Shown here: positions 46,985-60,100 of the stretch, piece by piece
Position numbering within the stretch: the stretch's first letter is position 1
Layout of the letters: each line of letters starts with the position of its first letter
Assembly: GCA_949358305.1 (NCBI GenBank)
Contig: OX442314.1
Location: 32,922,001-32,986,000 of the forward strand
Length of the DNA: 64,000 nt
Reading direction: 5' to 3'
Source of the DNA: Strigamia acuminata
Taxonomy: Eukaryota
The notes under the pieces: generated by a model
Seen by the model: the letters and a program-made list of their open reading frames with translations, nothing else
Told to the model about the DNA's origin: nothing
The model's database searches: none
Translations under genes and position numbers: made by a program

Positions 46985-47089
46985 AATCCAGTTAAAATAA
47001 AACAATTGAATGTTCCAACGAATAGTTGGAACATTCAATAAATTCCAGTGAATTAATGGGTTCAGGTTCAAAGTTCGGTTTTCAACTTT

Positions 47090-50000
47090 AAAGTTTCAGT
47101 GAATACAAAGATTTTCAGTCGCTCAGCAAGAACGACTCTCCTGGTTAAAGGTAAAAAGTGTACTGATTTATTTGCACTTGAAAACAAGATTAAATACAAA
47201 ATGGAGAATGACTTCTCTGAAAAAGATACAAAAAAGGGGTTTGAAGACCCAATACAAAAGAAATCGTCACTACATCTGGTGAAAATTACCCATTCCAGGA
47301 CATTATTTTTCGACAACATCTCCGTGCGCTTCTAGCAAGCACAATCTCTGCACAGGTCGTCTTAATTTCTTTCCATTAGCCAGTCTGACTTCCATCCATT
47401 CCCGGAAATGTTTCTACCATTTGTCCCATCAGCCACGTCGAACGAGGTTGATTTTCATCTTGGATTAAAATCACATCATCTTCCTTCAACGTGCTGTTTT
47501 AAAGACTCTTAATTCGGCTAAACATTCCATCTAACCCAAATCTGTCTCATTAATTTCTCCCTTAATTTCCATCGTTTCAAAAGCTCCGTGGAATGTGACG
47601 ATAATTCCTTTGTATCGATCTGATGAGTATTTGGGAGGGTCACTTGGCGTTTCCCAGCCAAAAAATGGGAGGGGGTTCACGTTCACTCGCGTCGCTGTAG
47701 ACGTATGAGATGGGCCGTGAATTTATCATGGCCTCCCCCACCTCACATAAGGCTGTATTTAATTCTTCTCGTCTCCCCAAAATCTTTTTCAAACAAGTTT
47801 TGACGGAACTCACCCCACCAGGCTGCCCTTTCCACTACGAATTTCCATTCTACCCTATTTTTGGTCAAACACCCACTCAAATCTTCTTTGCGAATACTGT
47901 TTATCAAAGTTCTCAATTCCACGTCTCTGCGTTTAAATGTCTTGGCGAGAAAAATCGTCGCAGAGACATCACAAAGTCCTCCGTACTCATCGTAGTGGTT
48001 AGTAGTTGTTAAACTTGAAGTAAATTAAATACACTTGCAAATTTACCAATTAATTTCCAAAGTTCTCTGGATACAAATGATTAAAGTTGAAGTCACGTTG
48101 AATGTTCAACGTGGCGTTGGAGTTTGAAGTAAGCACGACCACACTGTTTAAGGTAAAAGGGTACACTAACTTTATTCTATTCAAAAAGGTAACATGTGAT
48201 GCAAATGACGAGTTCGAAGAACCAATCACAAGCATTTACAAGATGGCGAAATGCAAATGACGCGCTCGAAAGACCAATGACGAGCGTGTCACAATTTAGA
48301 AGATTATAACATTCTTTAACAGATTAGCAACTAACATTCCGGTCGATAACAGAACAAGTTAAACCTTTTTAAATGGAAATTGAAAACATATTATAATAAA
48401 ATGATAAACAGTTAAGTGGAAATAAAACACTTTGTAATACGAAAATATAACATACACAAATCAAATAAAATCATAAATTCAATATCAAAATTCACAAGTA
48501 AAATTGGAAACATAAATCAACAATACAAATCGAATAATATAACTAAACACAATTATTAATAAAGGACAACAATTTACTCGTAAAATCATCCGATTTTCAC
48601 AGTAGTTCTAGATGCAACGCACGTGTAACAGCGCAAGTAAACAACACGATGTAACTCTTTTGTCCTGATCGCTGATACAGGGGTCCGGCGAAGTCGACAC
48701 CCACAACCTGAAATGGATCCGACTTCTTGACGCGATCCATGGACAATGGCGCCTCTAGTTGTTGTATTAGTCGACTCTGTACTCGTCTGCAAACACAACA
48801 ATCATTTATTACGCGTTTGATGATGCTCCTTGCATGTGGGAACCAATAGCAGCGTCTCATTTCGGCCAACGTGTCACTCAGCCCTCAGTGGAATTACTCG
48901 TTCATGTGCATTCCTAATAATTAGTCTACTTAAGTGATTCTGATCATGCAACACCCATGGCCCCCTTGGACTCCTGGATTCACTTCATTCCAGTCGATTC
49001 TTGACCTCACTTGTAACAGTGTGTATTCGTACGCAATCGATTTGTTCCAACTCGAATGTCTTGTCTCGTTCACGTCCCGTCCGCAGTGTTTTCAATTCGT
49101 TCAAATAATGATTGCTTTGAATTTCTCGAATCCAATAATGTTCTGCTTCGGTCAACTCTTGGATTAATAATGAGATTGCCATCTCGCACTTTAATTTTTA
49201 AATTGTTTATAAATCGTTTTACCCATGCCGTTCCGCGTAACAGCCTTGACCATAAACTGTATCGACTGAAATCGATCAAATGTTCTCTCACTCGCGTCGT
49301 TTCATCTACCACAACATTCGTCTGTTCTTCAATTTCGTCTTCCACTTCGTATTCGATGTCCGTCTGAGGCCAATGCTCTTCGCTCTCCGACAGCCATTTT
49401 GGTCCTTTCCACCAAGTTTGGTCGTCTAACAGCTGTTGTGCGTCTATCCCTCTGGTTAGCAGGTCCGCCGGATTCTCTTTGCCGGGAATGTGACGCCATT
49501 ACCCGTGTGGGACGTTGTTTTGAATTTCCTCAATGCGTCTCGACACAAATGGAATCGTTTTGCTGCTTCTCCGCTTTAACCATGCTAGCACGATGGTCGA
49601 ATCCGTCCAACAAATCGTTTGTGACGCCGGCAACTCGTTCAGTTTCGTGACCAATCTTGATGACAAGAGTGCCCCCATCAATTCCAGTCGAGGTAATGTG
49701 ATAGTTTTTACTGGCGCGATTCTAGACTTGGAGAGAACGAAACAAATTTTATGATTATCATTTTCAGCCACTCTGGCATAAATCACTACGCCATAAGCGA
49801 GTGGGCTAGCTCGAGAATTGGAATTTGACTTTTCCAATTTTGCCATTTCTTAGCTTCTTCTTCAGGTAATTCTCTGTCCCAGTCTATTTTTAAACGCCAA
49901 AGGCTTTGAAAAATCAATTTTCCTGTCACACTAAATGGGCTAGCAAATCCTAGTGGGTCAAATATACTGGCCACCAGTTGAATCACATGTCTCTTCGTGA

Positions 50001-50776
50001 TTTGTTCAACTTTCAATTTCTCTAACAGTTCACTCATTCCAAGTGCTAACATGTCCAACGCCAAATCCCAAATCAAACCCAAAACCTTCGTTGATTTCTT
50101 GTCGCTGGTGGTTGATTGAGTCATCTTTTCTCGTACTTGATCCGAATTCGTCATCCATTTTGTGAGTTCCATGTTGGCCTTTTTCAGTATTTCAGCGACC
50201 TCATAGCAGGTTTTTGTTAACATCGCTTCGTCGTGGCTGCTATTAATGAAATCGTCAACATAGAATCGTAATAATACCTGTAGCACTGTTTCAGGGTATT
50301 GTTCGATGAACTTCATCAAAAGTTTGCGTATGGTTGCGTTCAAAAAGAAGGGACTTGGTGTGGCCCCAAACAATACTCGTGTTTGTCGTAAAATTTACAG
50401 TTTTAATGGTCCTTTTCCGTCCCAATCGTCGCACAGCCAAAAAAATCTCAAACAGTCTCTGTCGTCCAAATGAATCCCGATTTGGTGAAACGCCTTAACA
50501 ATGTCACTTATTTCAGCGTAAATATAGGCTCTGAAATCAATCAACATATTTATAATCTCTGGCAACAGGTTGGGGCCTGTAAATAAGCAATCGTTCAGTG
50601 ATTTGCTTCTCGCTCCATGTGACGATGCGTCGCAAACGACACGTAATTTCGTCGTTTCTCGTTGTTCACGAATTACAGGGCTATGTGGGAGATAATAACA
50701 GTTATTTTTGTTGCTTCGGTTGGCACATCTTCCACGATCCCCTCAGCGATTTGACTGTTGATCACATCTCGGTATT
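47090..50776 (-). mobile_element. Decayed BEL/Pao LTR retrotransposon (pol fragments with frameshifts and deletions)
   Basis: FGATPSPF, FYVDD, KVLGLIWD, SIFDPLG, SKSRIAP..TITLPRLELMGA, WTDSTIVLAW, GVDFAGP spread over several frames. Confidence 0.9.
48007..48601 (-). mobile_element. Solo LTR (595 bp) inserted in the BEL integrase
   Basis: TG...CA termini; 5-bp TSD GTAGT (48002-48006 and 48602-48606); removal rejoins LHLELL|TTTMSTEDF. Confidence 0.85.
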
Positions 50777-50777
50777 T

Positions 50778-51280
50778 TGCGGGATCTAAAAGAATGTATG
50801 GAGAAAGCTGGGAAGGTGGTGCACGCGGAAGCGCATAGAATGAGGAGAAACGAAGGTGTTGTTGATTTCGCGACGGAACGGGATCGAAGAATGGCGATCG
50901 AAATGTTTCATAACACCGAATTGCACGGGCGGCGCGTGCGATTGGTGAGACCGAACATGGAGATGAGTCGTGAAGAGTCGAGATCGAGACCTGCCGTTAG
51001 AAGCCGTGGCCAAAATTCGTTCAGATCTAGATCGCCTATTAAGTCGTTCCGGTCGAGATCGGGCAGAAGACCGAGATCTCCATTGAGATCTCGCGGAAGC
51101 CAGGAGAAGCTACCCGAAGTTTCCGTTGATAATAAATTAGTCGATGCGGACGAAAAGTTGCCTGAAAGTATCGGCAACGACGAAAAGTTGCGTGAAAGTA
51201 TCGAAGAGGGCGAAATAGTAAACGTCAGCACCGACGAAGACAAAATATTGAACGACGATCACATCCACGTTTTGGGATGA
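50778..51280 (+). pseudogene. 5'-truncated duplicate of the SRSF-like gene (RRM2, RS tract and acidic tail)
   Basis: Near-identical to about 46495-46980; the 5' end abuts the BEL remnant. Confidence 0.88.
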
Positions 51281-51650
51281 ATTTTTTAAACTACATTCTA
51301 GTAGATTTCTTTTATTAACGTGCATAAATAATTAAAAATTCTAATAAATAAATAAATTTTTCATGAAAATAAAGTTTTTAAAAATTCCAAGTTTGTTTTC
51401 CAATTGTATTTCCATTTAAATAAAATCTGAAACAAAAATCAATTTTTTTTATCGAGTTCGTTGTTTGTCCAGCTGTGATAAATGTTTTATTGCTAAAGAA
51501 AAGTAACTTGTAATAATGTTAATGCCTTTTTGAGACAATAAACAAATAATAATATTCCAAATCGCATTATTGTAGCGCGAGACCAACGACTCGTTCTCCA
51601 TTGTGGAATTTTGAGCAATTTCGAACTGATTTAACTTAGGAAAAAGAAAA

Positions 51651-54033
51651 ATGAACCGAAGAAGAATTGCACTCGGATGTTTGTTTTCCTTAATCGTCAT
51701 CGCTCTCGCTGCAGGATTTTTTCTCTTTTTCGGTTTCGATTATCTGCTAAACAAATACATTGAGCAAGTAACGCAATTAACACGGAGCAAACCAAACATC
51801 TAAACACCAAAAAAAAAAAAAATTTTATTCAATAGCAGCTCATCATTGCTCCAGGATCAGCCATTTACCAAAGTTGGATCGACCCAACCGTGCCCATTTA
51901 TTTGCGGATTTATCTGTTCAACTGCACCAACCAGCACGACGTGGTCACTAAAATGGCCAAACCAATTCTTCAACAACTTGGTCCTTACACTTTTAGGTAA
52001 ATAAAGCGAACGGACGGAAGATGGGGCAAAATCCAAGAATACTGTTTTATTTTTTCATATAGAGAGCACCGGGTTAAAGTGAACCTACAATGGCTTCCAA
52101 ACTACACAGTGGCCTTCAACGAAACACGCTCATGGTATTTTGTTCCTGGGATGTCCAATGGCTTGCTCACGGACAAAGTGACAAATTTGAATGTACCCAT
52201 CGTTGTGAGTGCTGCTATAATGGGGTGGTTTCAGAATTCATACAGGGGACGGCCATGTTGTTCAATTTCTGCCTAAAATAAATATATTTTGGTCTCAGGA
52301 TGAATTTATTTTGGTCTCAGAATGAATTTTCGGTGCAAAAAATAAAAATTTTAATTTCAAACATGGAATTTTGGTTTAAAAAAATGAAATTTTAGTGAAA
52401 AAAGTTTTATTTTTGGTTCTAAAACAAATTTTTTGTTGGCCATAATCCCTTACCCCGGTATCGCAGTTCACTAATTTTTAATTTTTATTTCGAACATTTT
52501 TTGAGGCTGCAGCATATTTGGTTCACGATAAGCCCGCGTTCTACAGCAGCATTCTATCAGACTCAATGTTCATGTTTCAAGAGGGAATTTTCACCACCCG
52601 GTCGGTCGGTGAATGGCTTTTCGATGGCTTCAGCTCATCGATCATTACCCTAGCTATCCGAATGAACCTGACTGTCCCATACGACAAATTCGGATGGTTT
52701 TATAAGGTAATTCTTTCCTGCATGGCACACGGAAGCATTGCAGGGAAGCCAAGTTTCCCATTAGGTTCAATAATAACATTGGTGTATTTTTTTTATAGAA
52801 AAACAACACTGATGATGGACGATACACCATTTTCACCGGAAGTGATGACATTTCTAAGCTCGCAAAAGTCGATACTTGGATGGGAAGCAGGTATTTACCC
52901 ATATTTGACCATACGGGCATGAGCCCTGTAGTTTTTAAAATTTTTGATTCAATTTCTGCAGAAAACTGCCTTATTGGAGAGACGAATGCAAGAAAATCAC
53001 AGGCACAATCGGCGAAATTTGGCCGCCACACTACAACAAACAAGACCAAATAACCATATTTAATTCCGACTTAAAACGGTGAATTCCACCACCACTTAAC
53101 TCTCATTTTCATCCCCTTACACACGAACCACATTCTTTTCCAGAAGCATAACACTAGATTTCAAATCCGAAGAGAAATTTCGCTCGCTCGAAGGACACAG
53201 ATACGAAGTAAACTTCAAAACCCTCGCCAACTCTTCGATAAATCCTTCAAACAGATGCTACGAAGCCGCGAATAAATCCTACGTCAGTGGCATTTTTGAC
53301 GAAAGCGGTGCCTTAAATGGTAATCCAAGATCCAACCAAAGAAACACTCATTGTTGTGTTGATTTTCAGCTCCGGCCTACGTTTCATTCCCTCACTTCTA
53401 CCTCGCTGATCTGTCGCTGGCTACTGCAGTCGAAGGACTGAGTCCAAACAAGGAGGAGCACGACACTTACATTATAATGCAACCTGTAATAAAGAAAATT
53501 AATTAATTAATTAAATATCAATAATTAATCTCTTAGTCGACCGGAGTGCCAATGTCAGTTGCCGCTAGATTCCAAATTAATATCTTACTCGAACCACTGA
53601 AAAGAATACGGTAAAGCAAACAGGAAACAAGAAAATCAGACCTATTAAACGTGGATATATTTTCAGTCAATTTAATCATGTAAGGAAAGTGGTTATGCCA
53701 ATGCTTTGGCTGTGCGAGGTAATTTATATTCCCCAAATTTAGATTTCGTGCGATGAAATTAATTTGTCATTCCAGACTGCAGAGTTGGATAAAAACACAG
53801 AAGAACTGCTCTACACGTTGACAAAACAAATCCCACGAGTTACTTTTGTGGCCGCGGTTGCAGCGCTGTGTTTCGGCGGCGTTTTGGTGCTCATCGCCTG
53901 CATAATTCTCTTGGTGGGACCGAGGAAAGCCCAACCGGCAGTCAGAAAGCCCGACGCAAAATTCTACGACACAGGTGTCAATTTAAAATGCACGGACTAC
54001 GCGGACAAAAAGAAAATGAAAAATAAATTCTAA
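51651..54033 (+). CDS. CD36/scavenger receptor class B family protein, multi-exon
   Basis: N-terminal TM (IALGCLFSLIVIALAAGFFLFF); PGSAIYQSW.DPTVPIYLRIYLFNCTN...LQQLGPYTFREH; VGEWLFDG; KFGWFY; SFPHFY; PSTGVPMSVAARFQIN; C-terminal TM. Confidence 0.9.
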
Positions 54034-54262
54034 TTCCGTTCAAAAAGTTTTGCTTTCTTCAAGAAAAATCAGCGCAAACACATTTCATATGCTGATCAAT
54101 TTTTATTCGTATTCAATTTGAAATCATACATTAACACAAACAATTTTAATTAAAATTACAGTCTTCCGTTATTTTATCCGCTTGCTTTAATCGATTTTCC
54201 GTGTGCACACACTTTTGAATTTTAAACCACCAAAACACTGAAGATGAACCCGTGCTTCCAAA

Positions 54263-55378
54263 TTACGCTTTTTTTCCACCGTACTTCGCCGTCGCCCGTC
54301 GCCCTTTCACTTTCTCGCCATTTTTCGCTGTTTTCGTTTTCCCCTTATACTTAATCCTCGGGAAAATCGGCATCGGCACCACCTTCTCTCTGCACGACGG
54401 CGGCGGCTGCCGGCACAACAGCGGCGACCTCGGCGTCTTCCGGCCCGTCGACGGCGGCGGCGGAGACTTGAACGACTTCCCCCGCACCGGCGTGGCTTTC
54501 CTGTACGGTCGCGACAGCAGCATCTTCGACGCGCTCCTCGGCGGCATGCTCCTGCCGATCCTCTCCGGTTTCTTCAACAACAGCGGACTCAATTTCATGT
54601 AAGTCCCGACCGGCTTGTTCTCATGCTTGGCCAACGGCGGAGGCGAGCGCAACTTCTTATGAGGAGAGCGCAAATTAGGCGAGCGCAACTTCTTATGAGG
54701 CGAGCGCGAATTAGGCGAGCGCGAGCGCAACTTCTTATGAGGCGAGCGCAACTTCTTAATCGGCGAACGCAAATTGGGCGAGCGCAAATTAGGCGAGCGC
54801 ATTTTCTTCTCCCGGATGGTCGGCGAGTGCAACTTCCTCTCCCGCAACAACTGCCTGGACGAGCGCGCAATTAGCGGCATCGAGAGCGATATGTTCGAGT
54901 TCTTGCGCGACGCGGCTGACACGACCGATCTTGACGAGCTGAGGTTCATGATGCTCGCCCTGGCTTGGCGCCGGGAGTTGGTGACGTAGCGGAACCGAGC
55001 GCTGCCTTGACGCTTGATGAAGCCGCAGCCGAGGGCTTTGGCGAGCGCCGCTTGGACGATGTGCATCAGCTGGGCGTCGGTCATGGGCACCCGGTGGAAC
55101 TGCCGAATGTGGTTGAACACATCCCGGGAAGTGGCGCCCGAGCCGCGCTGCGAGTCGCGCACGGCTTCGAGGACCAACGAGACGAATTTCTCACCGCGGT
55201 CGAAATTGCGGCAGCGGCAGCCCTCCGCGCCGCGGATCCTGTTTTTGGGTATGGAATCCATCGTCAGGCTAAGGAGGCTTATTCGTTTTTTTTGGCCCCC
55301 CGACATCCTTAAATTTTGGTCCTCTTCGTGGTCAAGCTTGGATTTTTGGATCGGGACGGGCTGTATCGAGTTTTGCAT
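54263..55378 (-). CDS. Histone H1-related (winged-helix) basic protein with R/K/S-rich RSP repeats; protamine-like sperm nuclear basic protein candidate
   Basis: VLEAVRD...GATSRDVFNHI...VQAALAKAL.CGFIKRQGSARFR resembles the H15 globular domain; followed by LRSPNLRSP/HKKLRSP repeats; intronless; first ATG at 55378. Confidence 0.75.
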   Translation of the reverse strand: MQNSIQPVPIQKSKLDHEEDQNLRMSGGQKKRISLLSLTMDSIPKNRIRGAEGCRCRNFDRGEKFVSLVLEAVRDSQRGSGATSRDVFNHIRQFHRVPMTDAQLMHIVQAALAKALGCGFIKRQGSARFRYVTNSRRQARASIMNLSSSRSVVSAASRKNSNISLSMPLIARSSRQLLRERKLHSPTIREKKMRSPNLRSPNLRSPIKKLRSPHKKLRSRSPNSRSPHKKLRSPNLRSPHKKLRSPPPLAKHENKPVGTYMKLSPLLLKKPERIGRSMPPRSASKMLLSRPYRKATPVRGKSFKSPPPPSTGRKTPRSPLLCRQPPPSCREKVVPMPIFPRIKYKGKTKTAKNGEKVKGRRATAKYGGKKA

Positions 55379-55424
55379 TTTTGTTTTTATTGTTGCCAAG
55401 AAGAATAGGCACAACTGGTGGGTT

Positions 55425-55670
55425 TTCACAACTGTGTTGGAAGTGGTTTAAAATGGGGGCAATTCCAGAATACTTGTGAGTTTGGGTTGAGTTTGTCTCC
55501 GGATGTTGGTATTCATAAATGTGCTGGAATGGCGCGCGTGTTTAAAAAGGAGACGAATTCCAGAATACTTGTGAGTGTGTGTTTGGTTTGAATCGAAAGT
55601 AGGTATTCACAACTGTGCTGGAAGTGGTGCATGTTTTAAAATGAGTGTCAATTCCAGAATAGTTGTGAAT
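55425..55670. repeat. About 2.5-3 diverged tandem copies of a ~90-bp unit upstream of the H1-like gene
   Basis: TTCACAACTGTG.TGGAA...AATTCCAGAATACTTGTGAG recurs at about 55425, 55512 and 55606. Confidence 0.65.
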
Positions 55671-55875
55671 TTGTGATTTATATACAGTCTTACAAAAAGT
55701 GGTTCATATTTAAATGGATGTATCAATGTTTTCGTGTTTATACGTTTCTTTTATTTACTTTTTTAAATTTACTACCGTTAGCGCATTCAAGGTTTCCCTT
55801 CGAAATGGACATCAAAAACAGCCAAAGACCATTCCCAAACAAGCTGGGATTTGTAATGCAGGGAAGCATTACATA

Positions 55876-56377
55876 TTAGACTTCTAAACCCTGTCCTTTT
55901 GTCCCTAAATAAAACACCGAAATAAAAGAAAATAAAGTAATTTAAAAAAAAAAATTTTTTTGCCAATATAAAGCAACAACAAACAAAATCCCACCAAAAT
56001 TTGATATGATATGCTGCGGAATTGTTGCATCGGGTTTGCTACAATCGGGAAATAAATCGCGCGGAAAACGTATCGCAACGTATGGCTCACGGGATCCGCC
56101 AGGTGGCGCTAGTACAATGTTACAACTTCCGGTGCGCGGACGGAAGTAGTATTATTTAGACGGCTAAAAGTGCACTAAAACCGGTTTATTAATTCAACCG
56201 GAGGTCCGAGAAATCTGAAAATACCTTACAATACTAATATAAGCATGCTGAATTTAATGCCGTTGTCCGTTTTGCTCTAGCTGCTATAGTTTTTGCGGAA
56301 TCGTTGACGACGGACGGACGGACAGACAGACAGAACCGTTTCATGAGACTTTCTAAACATCAGGTTTAGAAGTCTAA
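55876..56377. mobile_element. Helentron/DINE-1-like non-autonomous element
   Basis: Inverted TTAGACTTCTAAACC...GGTTTAGAAGTCTAA, 3' stem-loop at 56346-56375, and a (GACG/GACA)n microsatellite at about 56306-56333. Confidence 0.55.
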
Positions 56378-57180
56378 AACCGCTATTGTACAGTACATCG
56401 CCGACATTGACGACATCCACTTTAGACACGCTGTATTAGCAGCGCCTTGTTGGTGCTCCTGAATCATTAAAACTGCTATTGAGGTGAGATTAATTTGGAT
56501 TGTATTGTGATATTCTATGATGATACTTTTGTAATAGCTTCACCTAGTGCTCAGCAACTTTAACGTTACAATAAAATTGTAATGGGACTTCCGTAGTAAC
56601 CCTTATCCTACAATCCATGAAACTACATCATGTCGGGTGTCACGTTTAACTCGATTTAGACGTAAAATGACCCAAAAAATCGATTCCCCTGGTTGGAATT
56701 TACATATCTGGCACCGTTGCAGACATATGGACAGAAAACTGAATTTTTTAGGTCAAGTTTTGGGTCACCAAAAGATTGCCCCACCCAACTTTAATGCTTT
56801 GCCATCATTAGATTAGATGCATTGTCAGCACTTTCAGAAATATTTAGTAGAGAACCAGACTTTTTTACCACCCTGTATATTTTTAATATTGTTAAGAAAA
56901 AGGTATTTTTAAAACGTTTTTTAAACCAATATAAAAGCCTTTTTCCAAAAACTTGGTTTTTTATATTTACTTGTTTATCTTTTTAGATGTAAGACACGAC
57001 TTACACTTATCGCTGCCAACCAACAATTGCCGTTGAGACATGATCGTGGGGGATTCCAAGCAGCAACTGCCTAAATTGTTTCAGAAATATAAGATACAAT
57101 ATGTAAATATAATTTTAATTGTATTAATTTATACTTTATTTTTATATTTTTATATAGTCATTACAAGGACTACTCATCGG

Positions 57181-60100
57181 TATTGTGTATTTATCGTTGA
57201 TGTAGTTAGTGGTCAAGAAAGCAACATGTCAGCTAAGTTAAAACTAAAATGACTGATTTATTCTGATATTACAATATAGGTGGCGCTGCTCTTAAAAGCG
57301 CCAAAACATAACGATTGGTCAAGATTGACCGATGGAGTAGGACACTCCAACATCCCCTTTAATTGGGAGAAACACCAATTATAAAATCAAGAAGGGAATA
57401 AAACAAATTAAACATTAAACACATGTATATAAAGGCTAATAAAGAACAAAGTATGGAATTTAAACTAACACAAAATGAGATCAATTAATTTAAACACAAA
57501 CACAAACATCAATTCGGTGGAAAACCATAAAAGTCCGTTTGTTTCCTGTTTCGGACTGGTCGAGGGCTAAGCGCTAAAGGAACTGGAGCACTCGGGCCAG
57601 CAATTGCAGGTGGCGATGGCGCACGAACGGGCAGCGGTGGTGCATGTGTTGGAGCAACATTTTGTGGTACGATAACGGGTGGAATGGTGAGCAGCGGATC
57701 AGGCACGGGCGCAGGCACAGGTACAGGCGGTGCAGTTGGTTGAGAAGTGATGGAAAAAGGAAGAAGAGAACTTCTACAATCTTTCCCCCCATTTTGTGGC
57801 AACAAACTCGGATCTGCGCGACGTCGCAACTGGTCAATGTGTCGATTCCACGTCACGTCGAGAGCGACTTCAATATCGTAAGTAGATGAAGAAGTCTTCT
57901 TTTTAACTATACCGGGTATCCACTTAGGAGTGCCACGGTAATCCCGCGCGAACACAAGGTCCCCGACTTCAAAACGGCGCGGAATGTCAATCTGATCAAC
58001 ATCGGGTAGAAGTCGCGGATTCAGCAAATGTAGTCGGGTCCGCATTTCACGCTGAAGGAAGGCGACAGCTGGTGAAACTTTCGTCGTAGCGTGAGGTGTT
58101 GTGCGATACGACGCGATGAAACGGGACACGGCATCCGACAAGGAAAAATTCAAGGTTAGAAATTTATCAACTTGGGTTTTAAAAGTCTTCACGAAACCCT
58201 CAACCGCGCCATTTGTAGCTGGATGGTATGGCGGTGAGAGAGTGTGACGAATTCCATTTATCGCCAAGAACTGGCGAAATTCCTGCGAGGTAAACTGTGG
58301 TCCGTTGTCGGTGTGGAAATGCAACGGCAAACCGTGATTTTCGAACCAAGACTTGATCACGTCAATAGTGGCGGCGGCGGTCGTTGTTGACATCTTACGC
58401 ACTTCGCACCACTTGGTTTTGGCGTCAACCGCCAGCAGGAACATCGAGTTGTGAAACGGACCGGCGAAATCGAGATGCACCCGTCCCCACACCTGGTCTG
58501 GAACTGGCCAACTGACGGTGTTTGATTTGGGCGGATCGGGCAAGCTTCGCTGGCATACATCGCAACTCTTAACTGTGCGCTCGATGTCAGCGTCGATTCC
58601 AGGCCACCAAACCGTGGCTCGCGCCAACGATTTGGTACGGACAATGCCGTAATGACCTGCGTGGAGCTCGACCAACACCGAACGACGGACAGTTTTCGGG
58701 ATCACCAACCTATCAGAGAGAAATAAAAATTCGTCAAAGGTTGAGAACGAGTCCCGGTGTTTATAAAATTCAGCGGTGTCCGGCGTGCGTGATTCCCATC
58801 CGGTGCGAACATGTCGCAAAACAGCTTGCAATACTTCGTCGGCTGCATAAGCAGCTTTCAGAGAAGTAGCAGTCATGGGGAAATCTGAAATGAAAGCAGA
58901 ATAAATTTTGTTAATGCCGACTTCCAAATCTTCTTTGCTGTCCACACTCGGTTGTGGATTACGAGACAAGCCATCGGCAATGGCGTTGTCCACAGCAGGC
59001 ACGTGTTCAATAATGAAATCATATGCGGATAAAAATACCGCCCAACGATGCAGTCGTGCAGCCACGATCTGGTTACATCCTTTTTTCTCTCCGAATATCG
59101 AGACAAGGGGTTTGTGATCCGTACGCAGGAAGAAACGACGCCCAAACAGATAGTGATGGAATTTCCTAATGCCATAAATAATGGCGAATCCTTCACGCTC
59201 TATCTGTGCGTAGTTCTTCTGCGCGGCCGACAAGAGAGAACTCGCAAAAGCAATTGGCTTGTGATTACCATCGGAATCAAGATGAGAAAGGAATGCTCCC
59301 ACACCTACCGGGGAAGCATCAACCGTCAAGAATAATTTTTTGGACTGGTCAAAGTGGGCTAGTGCCGACTCAGTGGACACAGCAACCTTAACCTTTTTCC
59401 ATGTGGACTCGTGCTCCTCTGTCCACTTCCACTCGACATCGTCACGTGTTAAACGATATAACGGTTCGAGCAGAGTAGACAAATTTGCAACAAAGCGACC
59501 GTAGTAATTGATGAGACCAAGGAACGATTTCAAAGAGGTTACATCACTGGGGCGCCTTGCATCTCTGAGTGGAGCGAGCTTTGAATCTATCGGGGAAATA
59601 CCTAGTTTAGAAATGTTTAAACCTAAAAACTGGATCGATTGCTGTAAAAAGTGACACTTCCGGCGATTCAACGTGAGACCGGCTCCACCGAACGTCGTCA
59701 AAAGCACGTCCAAATTTTGCAGGTGAACCGCGTTGGTCGCACCTGTCACGGCGGAGTCATCTATGAATGGTTGCGCACTATTCACCTTGGCTGTCAACTG
59801 GTCCATCGTTTGCTGGAATAGAGCGGGAGCGGATGAAATGCCATAAAACAACCTATTTACTCTGAAAAGGCCCAAATGAGTATTAATTGTGCAACACATT
59901 TTGCTCTCCTCATCTAATTCCAATTGATTGAAAGCTGAATTCATATCCAATACTGAATAAGTTTCCCCTCCCGACAATTTGGCGGTCACATCTGCAAATA
60001 GAGGCAAAGGATATGAGTTGGGAAAAATAGCTTTGTTAATTGTCCGGTTATAGCAACCAGCCAATTTGATGGTGCCGTCAGACTTTTTAACATGCATCAC

